In this document: positions 17,142 to 26,250 of the stretch, one piece after another
Layout of the letters: every line of letters begins with the position of its first letter
Numbering within the stretch: the stretch's first letter is position 1
IMG/VR virus record: IMGVR_UViG_2767802105_000001
Location: 17,248 to 81,247 of that record
From: a virus
Taxonomy: Duplodnaviria > Caudoviricetes
Strand: one strand, 5' to 3'
Length of the DNA stretch: 64,000 nucleotides
Translations under genes and position numbers: made by a program
The notes under the pieces: model-generated
What the model was told of the DNA's origin: nothing
Databases searched by the model: none
The model's input: the letters and a program-made list of their open reading frames with translations, nothing else

Positions 17142-17213
17142 CCCTGAACCTGCTCCAATGCTGCACAATCAAAGGCTAGAAGGCAAGATTCTCTTAGTTT
17201 CCAAGGTTCAGGG
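17142..17213. promoter_or_regulatory. Divergent late control region flanked by a 10-bp inverted repeat
   Basis: CCCTGAACCT (17142-17151) and AGGTTCAGGG (17204-17213) around an AT-rich spacer between divergent operons. Confidence 0.55.
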
Positions 17214-17221
17214 GGGGTGGC

Positions 17222-18082
17222 ATGGACAGTAGCCAGATCGCCAACCGGGCACAGCAGCACCCCGAACGGCTCCGCACCCTCGAGCAGCGGGCCGTCGCCG
17301 ACGCCACCCGCCCCCTCGCCCAAGCCCTCACCGACGCCCAAACCGAAGCCGTCACCCGGTGGGTCCGTGAAACCGCCAGCCGCCAAATCCCCGACCGGCT
17401 CGCCGACCTCATCGACTGGGTCCGCGACCTCATCCGCCGCGCCTTCTCAGGCCGCGCCCGCCAAGCCCAAGCCGCCGCCGAGACCGCCGCCTTCAACTCC
17501 GCCCAGCAGGCCGCCCGGCACGCCTCCCTGCTCGCCTCCGCCATCACAGGCCAGCCCACCCCGCCCACCACCCCCGACATCGGAGCCAACGCCCAGGCCG
17601 CCACAGCCGGCATCCCCGCCGCCGTACAGGAGGAGCAGACGCACGCCCTCGCGCTCCTCACCACCGCCAGCCTCACCGCCATGGGACTCGCCGGCCTCAA
17701 CTCCGCCTTCTCCCGAGCCCGGCGAGCCGTCGGCCGGATAGCGCGCGCCACCGCCGTCGCAGTCGGCAGTGCTGCCACCCATGCGGCCCGGCTCGTCGCC
17801 CGTGCTCTCGGCCCCGACATTCGCCTGCTGTGGGTGACCGAGCCCGGGGCCTGCGCCGCATGCCGCGCCTACGCGGGACTCCACATCCACCCCGGCGGCC
17901 AGTTCAAAGGCGGCCTCAGCCTCGACCCGCGGCGCACCGTGTTCGCCTCCGCGATCGCCGGACCGCCACGCCATCCACACTGCCGCTGTGCCCTGGTCCC
18001 CTGGTCGCCGAAGTGGCCGATCACCGGTACGCCCCTGCCCGCCCTCCTGCGCCAACGCGCCCGCACCGACTGGAGGCCCTGA
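17222..18082 (+). CDS. MuF-like minor head protein
   Basis: CAAC...GPPRHPHCRC motif. Confidence 0.8.
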   Translation: MDSSQIANRAQQHPERLRTLEQRAVADATRPLAQALTDAQTEAVTRWVRETASRQIPDRLADLIDWVRDLIRRAFSGRARQAQAAAETAAFNSAQQAARHASLLASAITGQPTPPTTPDIGANAQAATAGIPAAVQEEQTHALALLTTASLTAMGLAGLNSAFSRARRAVGRIARATAVAVGSAATHAARLVARALGPDIRLLWVTEPGACAACRAYAGLHIHPGGQFKGGLSLDPRRTVFASAIAGPPRHPHCRCALVPWSPKWPITGTPLPALLRQRARTDWRP

Positions 18083-18606
18083 TGCCCAGCGAAATCATGG
18101 GCGAGGACAAATGGCCCAAGCTCCGGGAGCTTCACGCCCTCGGCATGGGCCGTAACGAGATCAGCCGCGAGATGGGCATCACCAACTCGTGCGTGTCCCG
18201 CACCGCCGCCTACCTCGGTCTGACCTTCGACCGGTCGAAGATCCGGGCCGCATCCGAGGCGCGCGCCGCAGACCTCCGAGAGCGGCTGTCCCTCCTCGCC
18301 GAGAAGCTCATGGATGTCGCCGAGGACTCGCTGCGCCGCGTTCACGAGCCAACGATCGTCTACTCGTTCGGCGGCAAGAACAACGAGTACAACGAGCATG
18401 AGTTCCCCGAGGCGCCGCCGGCGGAGCGCGTCAAGTACATGACCGCGACAGCCATCGCCATCGACAAGATCGGAAAGCTCCTCCCGCCCGAATCCGGCAG
18501 CGGCGCCGACGACGCCAAGTCCATGCTCGGCAAGCTCGCCGAAGGCATCGCCGCCCTCGCCAACCAGGACAGCGAGACGCCCATCCAGAACGGCGGGGAC
18601 GAATGA
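18082..18606 (+). CDS. Terminase small subunit (N-terminal HTH)
   Basis: TGATG-coupled; GMGRNEISREMGITNSCVSR HTH; upstream of terL. Confidence 0.75.
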   Translation: MPSEIMGEDKWPKLRELHALGMGRNEISREMGITNSCVSRTAAYLGLTFDRSKIRAASEARAADLRERLSLLAEKLMDVAEDSLRRVHEPTIVYSFGGKNNEYNEHEFPEAPPAERVKYMTATAIAIDKIGKLLPPESGSGADDAKSMLGKLAEGIAALANQDSETPIQNGGDE

Positions 18607-18725
18607 CCAGTACTCCCCCAACAGCCGTGCAGATCGGTAGAATTGATCTCGACAATCACATAAGAGACCCCCGCGACGGGTGCAACCGTCCGGGGGCGTG
18701 GCCGACACTTCAGAGGAGTGCCGAC

Positions 18726-19697
18726 ATGACCCAGCGTACCGACTCGCCCGGATGCGCGGTGCAGGACTGCATCAAGGGCGGAAAGCTCACCCGTGGGCTT
18801 TGCGCGACTCACTACTACCGGCTCCGCGTACATGGAGACGTGCAGGCGCACATTCCGATCAAGACCCTGGGACAGCAAGTCGAATGCCAGGTCGAAGGCT
18901 GCGACCGCCGTAAGCCTCTACGCCGGGGCTACTGCTCAATGCACTACCAGCGGTGGCAGCATCACGGCGATCCGATGTGGGAGCCTCCGAAGCAGCCGTC
19001 CACCTGCATCGTCGACGATTGCGGGGCAAGCCCCACGGTCGGCAAGGGGCTGTGCCGCAAGCACTTCAAGCGACTCCACCGCACAGGCAGCACCGCTGAT
19101 CCTGTTAGGGAAGCCCGCACCCTCGGGCCGTGCAGCATCGATACCTGCTCGAATGTGGAAGACCGGCGCGGCCTCTGCAGCATGCACTACACGCGCTGGC
19201 GGAAGCATGGAGACGCCACCATCTTGCTTCGCTCCTGGAACTCTCAGGCCGGACTGACATGCAGTGAGAATGGCTGCGAGATCGCCGCGTCCACACAAGG
19301 ACTGTGCCGTCGCCACTGGGTGGCCGCGTATCACGCCAAGAACCGCTCAGCCCGGAACGCTCGGATGCGGGAGCACTACCTTGCCAACCGCGAGGAGTAC
19401 TACGCGAAGGCCAACCGGCGCCGTCAACGCATCGAAGCGAACATGGACGCCCTTGACCGAGCCCTTTCCGCCGACTACCGCCGCGCCATAGCGGCTGATG
19501 CGTGTGCGTACTGCGGCGGTCCGTCCTCTCAGGTCGACCATTACTTCCCCATCGCCAAGGGTGGAACAGATCACTGGTGGAATCTGCTCCGAGCCTGCGA
19601 GCCGTGCAATAAGTCGAAGGCGGCTCATTGCGGCACATGGTTCTTCTTGCTGCGGGGAGGCGGTCGTGAACCTGTCGACCTTGCCGATGTCGCGTAA
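18726..19697 (+). CDS. HNH endonuclease with five Cys/His repeats
   Basis: AGAGGAG RBS; five CxxxxC...GLCxxH repeats; CAYC...DHYFP...NLLRACEPCN HNH domain. Confidence 0.85.
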   Translation: MTQRTDSPGCAVQDCIKGGKLTRGLCATHYYRLRVHGDVQAHIPIKTLGQQVECQVEGCDRRKPLRRGYCSMHYQRWQHHGDPMWEPPKQPSTCIVDDCGASPTVGKGLCRKHFKRLHRTGSTADPVREARTLGPCSIDTCSNVEDRRGLCSMHYTRWRKHGDATILLRSWNSQAGLTCSENGCEIAASTQGLCRRHWVAAYHAKNRSARNARMREHYLANREEYYAKANRRRQRIEANMDALDRALSADYRRAIAADACAYCGGPSSQVDHYFPIAKGGTDHWWNLLRACEPCNKSKAAHCGTWFFLLRGGGREPVDLADVA

Positions 19698-20922
19698 GCA
19701 GCTACGGTCAATCGCGCAATCAGCACGGCATCGCATCTCGATCTGGTCGGGAGCCATCCGGTCAGGCAAAACGATCGCTTCACTGATTGCATTCTTGATC
19801 GCGCTGGCGGTGGCACCATCCACGGGGTTGGTGATCATCGCAGGCAGGTCGCTGCAAACGATCGAACGCAACTTGATCGATCCGCTCCAGGACACCGCCC
19901 TGTTTGGGCCGTTGGCGCACCACGTTGTGCACACCCGCGGATCCACCACGGCCGTCATTCTCGGGCGGACCGTCCACCTCGTGGGTGCCTCGGACGCCCG
20001 AGCCGAGGGCCGGCTGCGTGGCGCCAGCGTCTGCCTGGCCCTCGCGGACGAGATCACTCTGCTGCCGGAAGCGTTCTTCAAGCAGCTCCTCGGCCGACTC
20101 AGTGTGCCTGGGGCGCGGCTGCTCGGGACAACGAACCCGGACTCCAGTGGACACTGGCTAAAGCGGGACTTCATTGACCGCGCTCACGAACTCAACATCG
20201 GCCACTGGCACTTCACCCTCGACGATAACCCGTCCCTCACTGCCCAGTACGTCAACTCGATCAAGGCCGAATACGGGGAAGGGACGCTCTTCTTCAAAAG
20301 GTTCATCGACGGTTTGTGGATCGCCGCGGAGGGTGCGGTCTTCGACATGTGGGACGAGGAGCGGCACGTCGTCACCGCCCTGCCCCGCATGCACCGCTGG
20401 ATCGGCGTCGGCGTCGACTATGGGACTCAGAACCCATTCCACGCAACGCTGCTCGGGCTCGGCGAGGATCGCCGCCTGTACGTCGCCTCCGAGTGGCGCT
20501 ACGACGGTCGTCACCAGCGCAAGCAGCTCACGGACGCTGAATACTCCGAGCGTCTCCGCGGCTGGCTCGGCAACGTTCCTGGCATTGGCCCGGTCCGCCC
20601 GTCGTTTGTCACGGTCGACCCGTCCGCGGCCAGCTTCATAACGCAGTTGAAGCGGGACCGGCTCACCCCGACGCCGGCCCGTAACGATGTCCTCGACGGC
20701 ATCCGCACCCTGTCCACGCTGCTCGCCGCGGGGAAGCTGCTGGTGCACTCCTCCTGCCGTGGATTGATCAAGGAGATGCCGGGCTACGCCTGGGACGACA
20801 AGGCGGCGGAGAAGGGCGAGGACAAACCCATCAAGGTCAACGACCACGGCGTCGACGCCCTCCGCTACGGCATCTTCACCACCCGCCCCCTGTGGCAGCG
20901 CCAGCTCGCCCTCGCAGCCTAG
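19666..20922 (+). CDS. terL: Terminase large subunit (PBSX-type)
   Basis: Walker A GAIRSGKT, Walker B LALADE, TTNP, GVDYG, DHGVDALRY. Confidence 0.95.
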   Translation: MNLSTLPMSRKQLRSIAQSARHRISIWSGAIRSGKTIASLIAFLIALAVAPSTGLVIIAGRSLQTIERNLIDPLQDTALFGPLAHHVVHTRGSTTAVILGRTVHLVGASDARAEGRLRGASVCLALADEITLLPEAFFKQLLGRLSVPGARLLGTTNPDSSGHWLKRDFIDRAHELNIGHWHFTLDDNPSLTAQYVNSIKAEYGEGTLFFKRFIDGLWIAAEGAVFDMWDEERHVVTALPRMHRWIGVGVDYGTQNPFHATLLGLGEDRRLYVASEWRYDGRHQRKQLTDAEYSERLRGWLGNVPGIGPVRPSFVTVDPSAASFITQLKRDRLTPTPARNDVLDGIRTLSTLLAAGKLLVHSSCRGLIKEMPGYAWDDKAAEKGEDKPIKVNDHGVDALRYGIFTTRPLWQRQLALAA

Positions 20923-20934
20923 AAGGAGACCGTC

Positions 20935-22638
20935 ATGCCGCTGCCCCCGTCGGGAAACACCGCGTGGCCGCCGCCTGCCCTGGAGATTCCGCACGCCGAC
21001 ATGGACATGTGGCGTGCCTGGTACTCCGGCAACACCGACCATCTGGCCGCCGTGTATGGGGGGCCGACGAACTACCGCAGCAACGCCGTTGCCCGCCAGT
21101 TCTTCGAGGTCGACCAGCGGCATGCTGTCGGCGGCAGCGAGCTGCGCTCGTTCTGGGGGCAGGACGCCACCCCCGGCCAGCAGGCGGCGAAGCTGCACGT
21201 GCCGATCGCTGGGGACATTGCCGAGCTGTCGGCGAACCTGCTGTGGGCGGACGTTCCCACGGTGTCCGTGGACCTGGACTCCACGGACAAGGTGACGGCG
21301 CGGTCGACGCAGGCGCAGATCGGCCGCTACCTCGACGACCGCGGGCACGCCAAGCTGCGGGAGGCCGCTGAGCTGACTGCGGGCTTGTCGAATGTATACC
21401 TGAGGGTGGTGTGGGACACGACGCTGCGGCCCCGCCCGTGGACGGACGTGATCGCCCCGGAGGCGGTGGTGCCGACGTGGCGGTGGGGTGAGCTGGCGGA
21501 GGCCATCGTGTGGCGGGAGCTGGCCCCGCTCGTCGACGAGTCGAAGGTGTGGCGGCTGCTGGAGTTCCACACGCCGGGAGCGATCGAGTATGGCCTGTAT
21601 GAGGGCGGCACCAGCACGCTGGGGATGCGGGCGGACAGCCTGGCCGCGCACCCGGACACCGAGTACCTGGTGGCCCGCACGGACAGCCGGGGCCGGCAGT
21701 CGACGGGCATCGACCGGCTGCTGATCACGCATGTGCCGAATGTGCTGCCGAACCGGGTGTGGGACGGGGTGCCGAACACGGCGCCGCTCGGCCGGTCGGA
21801 CCTGTCGGGGGTGGAGCCGTTTATGGACGCCCTCGACGAAACGTGGACGTCGTGGATGCGTGATCTGCGGCTTGGTAAGGCCCGGTTGTTGATCCCGCAG
21901 TCGATGCTCGACACCGACGGCCCGGGCACTGGCGGCTCCTTCAATCTGGAGGAGGAGGTGCGGGTGGCGCTGAACATGCTGGATGAGGGGTCGGCGAAGG
22001 ATTCGATCACCGAAATCCAGTTCAAGATCCGTGTCGAGGAGCATGAGCGGACCGGGAAAGCCCTGCGCCGACAGATCCTCTCGAGCGCTGGCTACTCGGC
22101 GCAGTCTTTCGGTGAGGAGGGCACGGTCGCGACGACAGCGACGGAGGTGACAGCCCGCAAGGAAGAGTCGTTGACGACCCGCGGCACGAAGATCCTGTAC
22201 CAGCGTCCGGCGTTGCTGGACCATCTGACGACGATGATGATGGTCGATGTGCGGCACTGCGGCGCGAAGGGTGTCGATCCTGCGGCGGAGTTGACGGCGT
22301 CGTGGCCGCAGGCGGTACAGCCTGATCCGGAGGCCACTGCGCGCACTCTGCAACTGCTGGACACGGCGGGGGCAATCTCGACGTTCATGAAGGTGAAGAT
22401 GCGGTCGCCGGAGCTGGACGACACCGAGGTGATGGCCGAGGTGCGGCGGATCCGCGACGACAAGCAGTCCACGGCCCCGGCCGGCGACCCGTTCAACACG
22501 GGCAGTGGCGGCGGGCTGGAGGAGCCGAACGATGAGGCTGACAGTGACGGTACGGAGGCCGGCGCGGACGAGGGCCTGGACGAGACCGAGGACGAGGAAG
22601 GGGTGGGCGGGGGCTCGCATGGTCTGGCCGCGGCCTAG
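20935..22638 (+). CDS. Portal protein
   Basis: 567 aa after terL; LGRSD, IRVEEH, TATEV motifs; acidic tail. Confidence 0.9.
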   Translation: MPLPPSGNTAWPPPALEIPHADMDMWRAWYSGNTDHLAAVYGGPTNYRSNAVARQFFEVDQRHAVGGSELRSFWGQDATPGQQAAKLHVPIAGDIAELSANLLWADVPTVSVDLDSTDKVTARSTQAQIGRYLDDRGHAKLREAAELTAGLSNVYLRVVWDTTLRPRPWTDVIAPEAVVPTWRWGELAEAIVWRELAPLVDESKVWRLLEFHTPGAIEYGLYEGGTSTLGMRADSLAAHPDTEYLVARTDSRGRQSTGIDRLLITHVPNVLPNRVWDGVPNTAPLGRSDLSGVEPFMDALDETWTSWMRDLRLGKARLLIPQSMLDTDGPGTGGSFNLEEEVRVALNMLDEGSAKDSITEIQFKIRVEEHERTGKALRRQILSSAGYSAQSFGEEGTVATTATEVTARKEESLTTRGTKILYQRPALLDHLTTMMMVDVRHCGAKGVDPAAELTASWPQAVQPDPEATARTLQLLDTAGAISTFMKVKMRSPELDDTEVMAEVRRIRDDKQSTAPAGDPFNTGSGGGLEEPNDEADSDGTEAGADEGLDETEDEEGVGGGSHGLAAA

Positions 22639-22802
22639 CGGCGGCGGACGCCCTTACGTGCGGGGAGCCGACGGTAGCGGACGATCTTGCCGCCCTTCGT
22701 GGCGTGGGCTTTCTGGCGGGCGTAGCGACGCAGTCGCGGGTTCGCGAAGAAGTAGCGCCACTGGGCCTTGCTCTTGAAGCCGGTGTGCCTTCGTCCCGGC
22801 AT
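22635..22802 (-). CDS. Small highly basic protein (55 aa; not in ORF track)
   Basis: AAGGAGGTG RBS; MPGRRHTGFKSKAQWRYFFANPRLRRY...; stop overlaps portal stop at CTAG. Confidence 0.7.
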   Translation of the reverse strand: MPGRRHTGFKSKAQWRYFFANPRLRRYARQKAHATKGGKIVRYRRLPARKGVRRR

Positions 22803-22851
22803 GGGGTCACCTCCTTCCGGTGATCTCCCTACAGTCTGCCCACTGCACGTG

Positions 22852-22884
22852 TGAGGGCCCGCACTGGTCTGGTGCGGGCCCTCA
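22852..22884. terminator. Hairpin / probable terminator
   Basis: 13-bp stem TGAGGGCCCGCAC / GTGCGGGCCCTCA. Confidence 0.6.
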
Positions 22885-22893
22885 GCGGGGCGG

Positions 22894-23046
22894 TCACTTC
22901 TGGGTGGGCGACTGTCCGGCGCCTTCGCAAGGCGGGGAGGTCTTCCGGCCGCTGACAGCCTTCTCCAGGTGGAGAGGCAGCAGGCCCTTCTCCGTCAGCG
23001 TGTACTGGCGGCGACAGACCGGGCAGATGCCGAGCGTGGTCATCAT
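22894..23046 (-). CDS. Small CxxC protein (50 aa)
   Basis: GAGGA RBS; GICPVCRR...H...CEG. Confidence 0.55.
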   Translation of the reverse strand: MMTTLGICPVCRRQYTLTEKGLLPLHLEKAVSGRKTSPPCEGAGQSPTQK

Positions 23047-23053
23047 GGTGTCC

Positions 23054-23293
23054 TCACTTCTCGGTGGCACGGTTGGCGCGGATGACGGTGAGGCAGTCGG
23101 GGCACCAGCGCTCGCCCGGCTTGTCCAGGCGCAGTGGCACGTCCTGCTTCGGGCCTGGCGCGACGATGCCCTCCGTCTCGCTGCACGCGATGGGGTGCCA
23201 GTCGCACTGCCCGTCGCAGCGGCCGACGGACTTGTGCCAGACCAAGACGGTCGTGCCGCCCTCGGTCCGGACTCGCTCCTGTGTTGCCAGCAT
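23054..23293 (-). CDS. Small Cys-rich hypothetical protein
   Basis: GAGGAG RBS; CDGQC, WCPDC. Confidence 0.6.
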   Translation of the reverse strand: MLATQERVRTEGGTTVLVWHKSVGRCDGQCDWHPIACSETEGIVAPGPKQDVPLRLDKPGERWCPDCLTVIRANRATEK

Positions 23294-23460
23294 TTCGGTC
23301 TCCTCAGTTCTCGGTGGTGCGGTCAACGGGACGCATGGTCAGTCCTCGTCTCGGTCGAAGTGTGCGCGGTCGTAGCGGGCTGCTTGGGCGGGGGTTTCGT
23401 CCCACCAGTCGGCGGGAGGCCCCGGCTCGACCAGCGGCGGGTCGTCGGTGGGTGTGTCGG

Positions 23461-23760
23461 TCACGGCGTCATCTCCGCGAGCCTCCGCAGCATGGCGGTC
23501 TGGTCGCCGTGGCTGGTGAGGAACGCCCCGGTGGGCCCGTAGGCGGTGGTCCGGCTGGGCAGGTGCCGCTGCGTGTGCCCGTCGGCCGGGATGAGCAGCG
23601 AGCCCCGGAACGCGGCGTCGTCGGGCTGGCTGCCCTTGTACAGGCAGAGCCGCAGCATGCCGAGTTGGTCGACGCCGAGGACCAGGACGTGCCCGGCCGG
23701 GGTGGTGGAGTCGACGCCGGCCCAGCGGGCGTTCAGGTCAGCGAGCTTGATCGCGGTCAT
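23461..23760 (-). CDS. Hypothetical protein
   Basis: ATGA-coupled start MTAIKLADL, GGAG RBS. Confidence 0.6.
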   Translation of the reverse strand: MTAIKLADLNARWAGVDSTTPAGHVLVLGVDQLGMLRLCLYKGSQPDDAAFRGSLLIPADGHTQRHLPSRTTAYGPTGAFLTSHGDQTAMLRRLAEMTP

Positions 23761-23954
23761 GGCTGCGGCTCCTGGTCTCGGCGGCGGGCTTGCCGCTGGG
23801 CGCACCTGTGGTCGGGCAGAGTGACGAGGGTGGTGGTGTGCATGAGGTGCCCGCAGTCGTCGCAGCGAGCGAAGCCGGTGATCTGCCACAGTTCGTCAGC
23901 GTCCATGCCAGTCGGTTCGAGCTCCAGGAACGCGGACCGGTTCTTGGGGGTCAT
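23757..23954 (-). CDS. Hypothetical protein (CDDC motif)
   Basis: Coupled start MTPKNRS with AAGGAGG RBS. Confidence 0.55.
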   Translation of the reverse strand: MTPKNRSAFLELEPTGMDADELWQITGFARCDDCGHLMHTTTLVTLPDHRCAQRQARRRDQEPQP

Positions 23955-24121
23955 CAGACCTCCTTGGCGGCCTGCTCGGCGTTCTTCCGGTCTGCGATCT
24001 TCTGGGCGCCCCGGCGGGTGAAGGACGGGTAACGGCTGACCCCGGTGGTCGTGTCGAAGACGTAGTAGGCGCCGGGTCCGTGCTTCTCCACGACGAAGCG
24101 GGGCTGGGCGGGAGCGGTCAC
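23954..24121 (-). CDS. Hypothetical protein (55 aa)
   Basis: GTGA-coupled; fills the operon gap exactly. Confidence 0.55.
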   Translation of the reverse strand: MTAPAQPRFVVEKHGPGAYYVFDTTTGVSRYPSFTRRGAQKIADRKNAEQAAKEV

Positions 24122-24381
24122 GACGTCCTCCTGGGCGTCTCCTCGCGGGCGGCGATGAGCGCCTCGCGGTGGTTCTCCATGGCGGCGTCCCGGTCCGGTG
24201 CACGCTTCGACGAAGAGTCGATGACGTACCCGCCGAGGAGCATGCCCCGGTGCCGCTTGTCCGGGCTGTCGTCGAAGATGGCGGTGTCGTAGTAGTCGGC
24301 GGCGATCCGAACCGTGGAGACGGTGAGCTGCTTGTCTCCGGCGATGACGGGCCGCTGGGCGACGATCGTGGGAGCGCTCAT
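24118..24381 (-). CDS. Hypothetical protein
   Basis: AAGGAGGAG RBS; MSAPTIVAQ. Confidence 0.6.
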   Translation of the reverse strand: MSAPTIVAQRPVIAGDKQLTVSTVRIAADYYDTAIFDDSPDKRHRGMLLGGYVIDSSSKRAPDRDAAMENHREALIAAREETPRRTS

Positions 24382-24650
24382 CGCTCCTCCTTCGTGATCA
24401 GGGTTGGGATGTCGGCCCACCGCACGGCGAGCCCAGGATTGTGCGCGGCCAGCACCTTGTTGGCGGCCCGAAGGCGGCCTTCGAGGAGCTGCCGGGCTTC
24501 CGTGTACTGCGGGCCGCGGCAGGCGGCGTACAGGCGGGCCGCCTCCGCGGCCTCCGCCACCGCCGCCCGCACCCGGGCCGGAAGCAGGCGGCCGGCCAGC
24601 AGGGCCACCGCATCCGGCACCGGAACCGGCAAGGTCGGGCGGGCGATCAC
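24378..24650 (-). CDS. Hypothetical protein
   Basis: GTGA-coupled, 90 aa. Confidence 0.5.
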   Translation of the reverse strand: MIARPTLPVPVPDAVALLAGRLLPARVRAAVAEAAEAARLYAACRGPQYTEARQLLEGRLRAANKVLAAHNPGLAVRWADIPTLITKEER

Positions 24651-24868
24651 GACGGACCGTCGTCGAGGTCGCGTCCGTCCAGCCACGCCTCCAGGGTCGG
24701 GCTGCTGTCCTTGACGTGCTCCGCGGTGTCGTCGCCTGCGGCGTACTTCACCGCTTCCAGCACGAACTCGGCGACGTCCTTCTGGAACGCGTTCAGCAGG
24801 GTGTCAAGCTTGGCGGCGGTCTCGTCGTCGGTGGCGAACATGGCGTGGATGCTGGCGCGGGGGTCCAT
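24647..24868 (-). CDS. Hypothetical protein (in-frame upstream extension possible)
   Basis: AGGAG RBS before MDPRASIH. Confidence 0.55.
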   Translation of the reverse strand: MDPRASIHAMFATDDETAAKLDTLLNAFQKDVAEFVLEAVKYAAGDDTAEHVKDSSPTLEAWLDGRDLDDGPS

Positions 24869-25055
24869 GGGGCTCCTGTCGGTTGATGCCGGGCCGGTCG
24901 GCTCGGGCCGGGTGGTGATGGTGTCGAGGTCGGCTGCGGGGTCGGCGAGCGCCAGGCGTTCCGCGGCACGCCGGTTGCTGGCCTGGAAACGGGCCCAGCC
25001 GTGCCGGGCCGCGTTCCAGCGGGCGAGCGTTCGACGGACCTCGGCGGAGGCCACG

Positions 25056-25484
25056 TCAGCTCTCCCAGCCGCGGGCCACATCCAGGGCCCGACGGAGGGC
25101 GGACGCGAGCGGCATCCGCTGCCCCTCGGGGACGTGGACCTGTGGCTCGTCGTCAGCCTCCAGGTCCTCGGAGATGGTGAGCAGCATGCCGCCGCCCCCG
25201 AACGGGGTGAGCTGCGCCCACACGTCGTCCGTGTCGTAGGACCACATCCGGTTGCCGGTGAGCGCGTCGATCAGGGCGGGCATCTCCCGGCTGGGGATGC
25301 AGGCCTCGACGTCGAAGAACTGACCGATGGCGCCGATGCGGAGGATGACCTCGGCGAAGCCCGGGTCCTCTCGGAGGCCAGCGGGGACGACGGTCAGGGT
25401 GATCCCCCCGTCGTGGGTGGTGTAGGTCCAGGGCTGGGGGGTGAGGTCGGCGGTCACCGAAGCGATGGCGGTGTGGAAGTCCAC
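25056..25484 (-). CDS. Hypothetical protein
   Basis: AAGGAG RBS, GTG start, 142 aa. Confidence 0.65.
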   Translation of the reverse strand: MDFHTAIASVTADLTPQPWTYTTHDGGITLTVVPAGLREDPGFAEVILRIGAIGQFFDVEACIPSREMPALIDALTGNRMWSYDTDDVWAQLTPFGGGGMLLTISEDLEADDEPQVHVPEGQRMPLASALRRALDVARGWES

Positions 25485-25506
25485 GGGTTCTCCTTGTGCT
25501 TGCAGG

Positions 25507-25845
25507 TCAGGCAGCAAGTGCGAGGCGGGCGGCGGCGAGCTTGAACTCCAGCCGGCGGGGGCGGTAGGCGGCGGCGATCAGGGCGACGGCGGCGGGCGTG
25601 TACCGCTGGCAGTCCCGCATGTGCCGGCCGCGGTGGATGCGGCCCGGGGTGCCGACGACACCGAGGCGGGCGGCGACCTTGCGCAACGTGCTGACCATGC
25701 TGCGGGCGTCACGCGGGGTGAGGCCCTGGGCGATGGCGTGCGAGGCGAGGGTGCCGGTGCCACGGCGGGCGATGCGGGCGGCGGCGCGGGTGGTGCGGGC
25801 GCGGGCCTTCAACGTGGCGCGGCGGATGCGGTTCGAGCGGATCAT
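25507..25845 (-). CDS. Basic Arg/Ala-rich protein
   Basis: GGGGAG RBS; 112 aa ending LALAA. Confidence 0.65.
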   Translation of the reverse strand: MIRSNRIRRATLKARARTTRAAARIARRGTGTLASHAIAQGLTPRDARSMVSTLRKVAARLGVVGTPGRIHRGRHMRDCQRYTPAAVALIAAAYRPRRLEFKLAAARLALAA

Positions 25846-25867
25846 GCGGTCTCCCCCTTGGTGCGAC

Positions 25868-25989
25868 TGCCAACTTTCTTGGCACTTCGATAGTGACACG
25901 ACCACCACCCGGAGTGCAACATAGTTGGCATGACGAATCCCCGAATCGCTGCATACTCAGTTGGCAGCGCGCTGCCTACCGAGTTGGCA
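25868..25989. promoter_or_regulatory. Divergent operator array (AGTTGGCA / TGCCAACT)
   Basis: Copies at 25868 (inverted), 25923, 25959, 25982 between divergent genes. Confidence 0.6.
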
Positions 25990-26013
25990 GCCGCACGTGA
26001 GATCATCTGGGAC

Positions 26014-26250
26014 ATGACGCCACGCCCCGACCCGCAGACCGAGGCCGTTTGGCTTCGCAAGCTCGACCGCGCCACGACCGCCCACGAGAAGGCGCGCGCC
26101 ACGCTGGAGGAGCTGATCGCGGACGCCCGCACGGCTGGCGTCCCACTGATGACGATCGCTAAGCACACGCCGTACAGCCGCGAGTGGGCACGAAAGATCG
26201 CCGACCGCATCGACAAGGAGCGAGCCGCCAGGACGGAGGGGCAGGCATGA
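26014..26250 (+). CDS. Small HTH-like regulator
   Basis: ARTAGVPLMTIAKHTPYSREWARKIA helix-turn-helix pattern. Confidence 0.65.
   Translation: MTPRPDPQTEAVWLRKLDRATTAHEKARATLEELIADARTAGVPLMTIAKHTPYSREWARKIADRIDKERAARTEGQA

Noticed and set aside
17211-17217. G7 tract before the MuF start as phase-variation site
   Set aside because: Short, non-coding, explained as part of the inverted repeat and RBS
18603-19697. Group I intron or intein in terL
   Set aside because: terL has its own RBS and start and is uninterrupted; the HNH is free-standing
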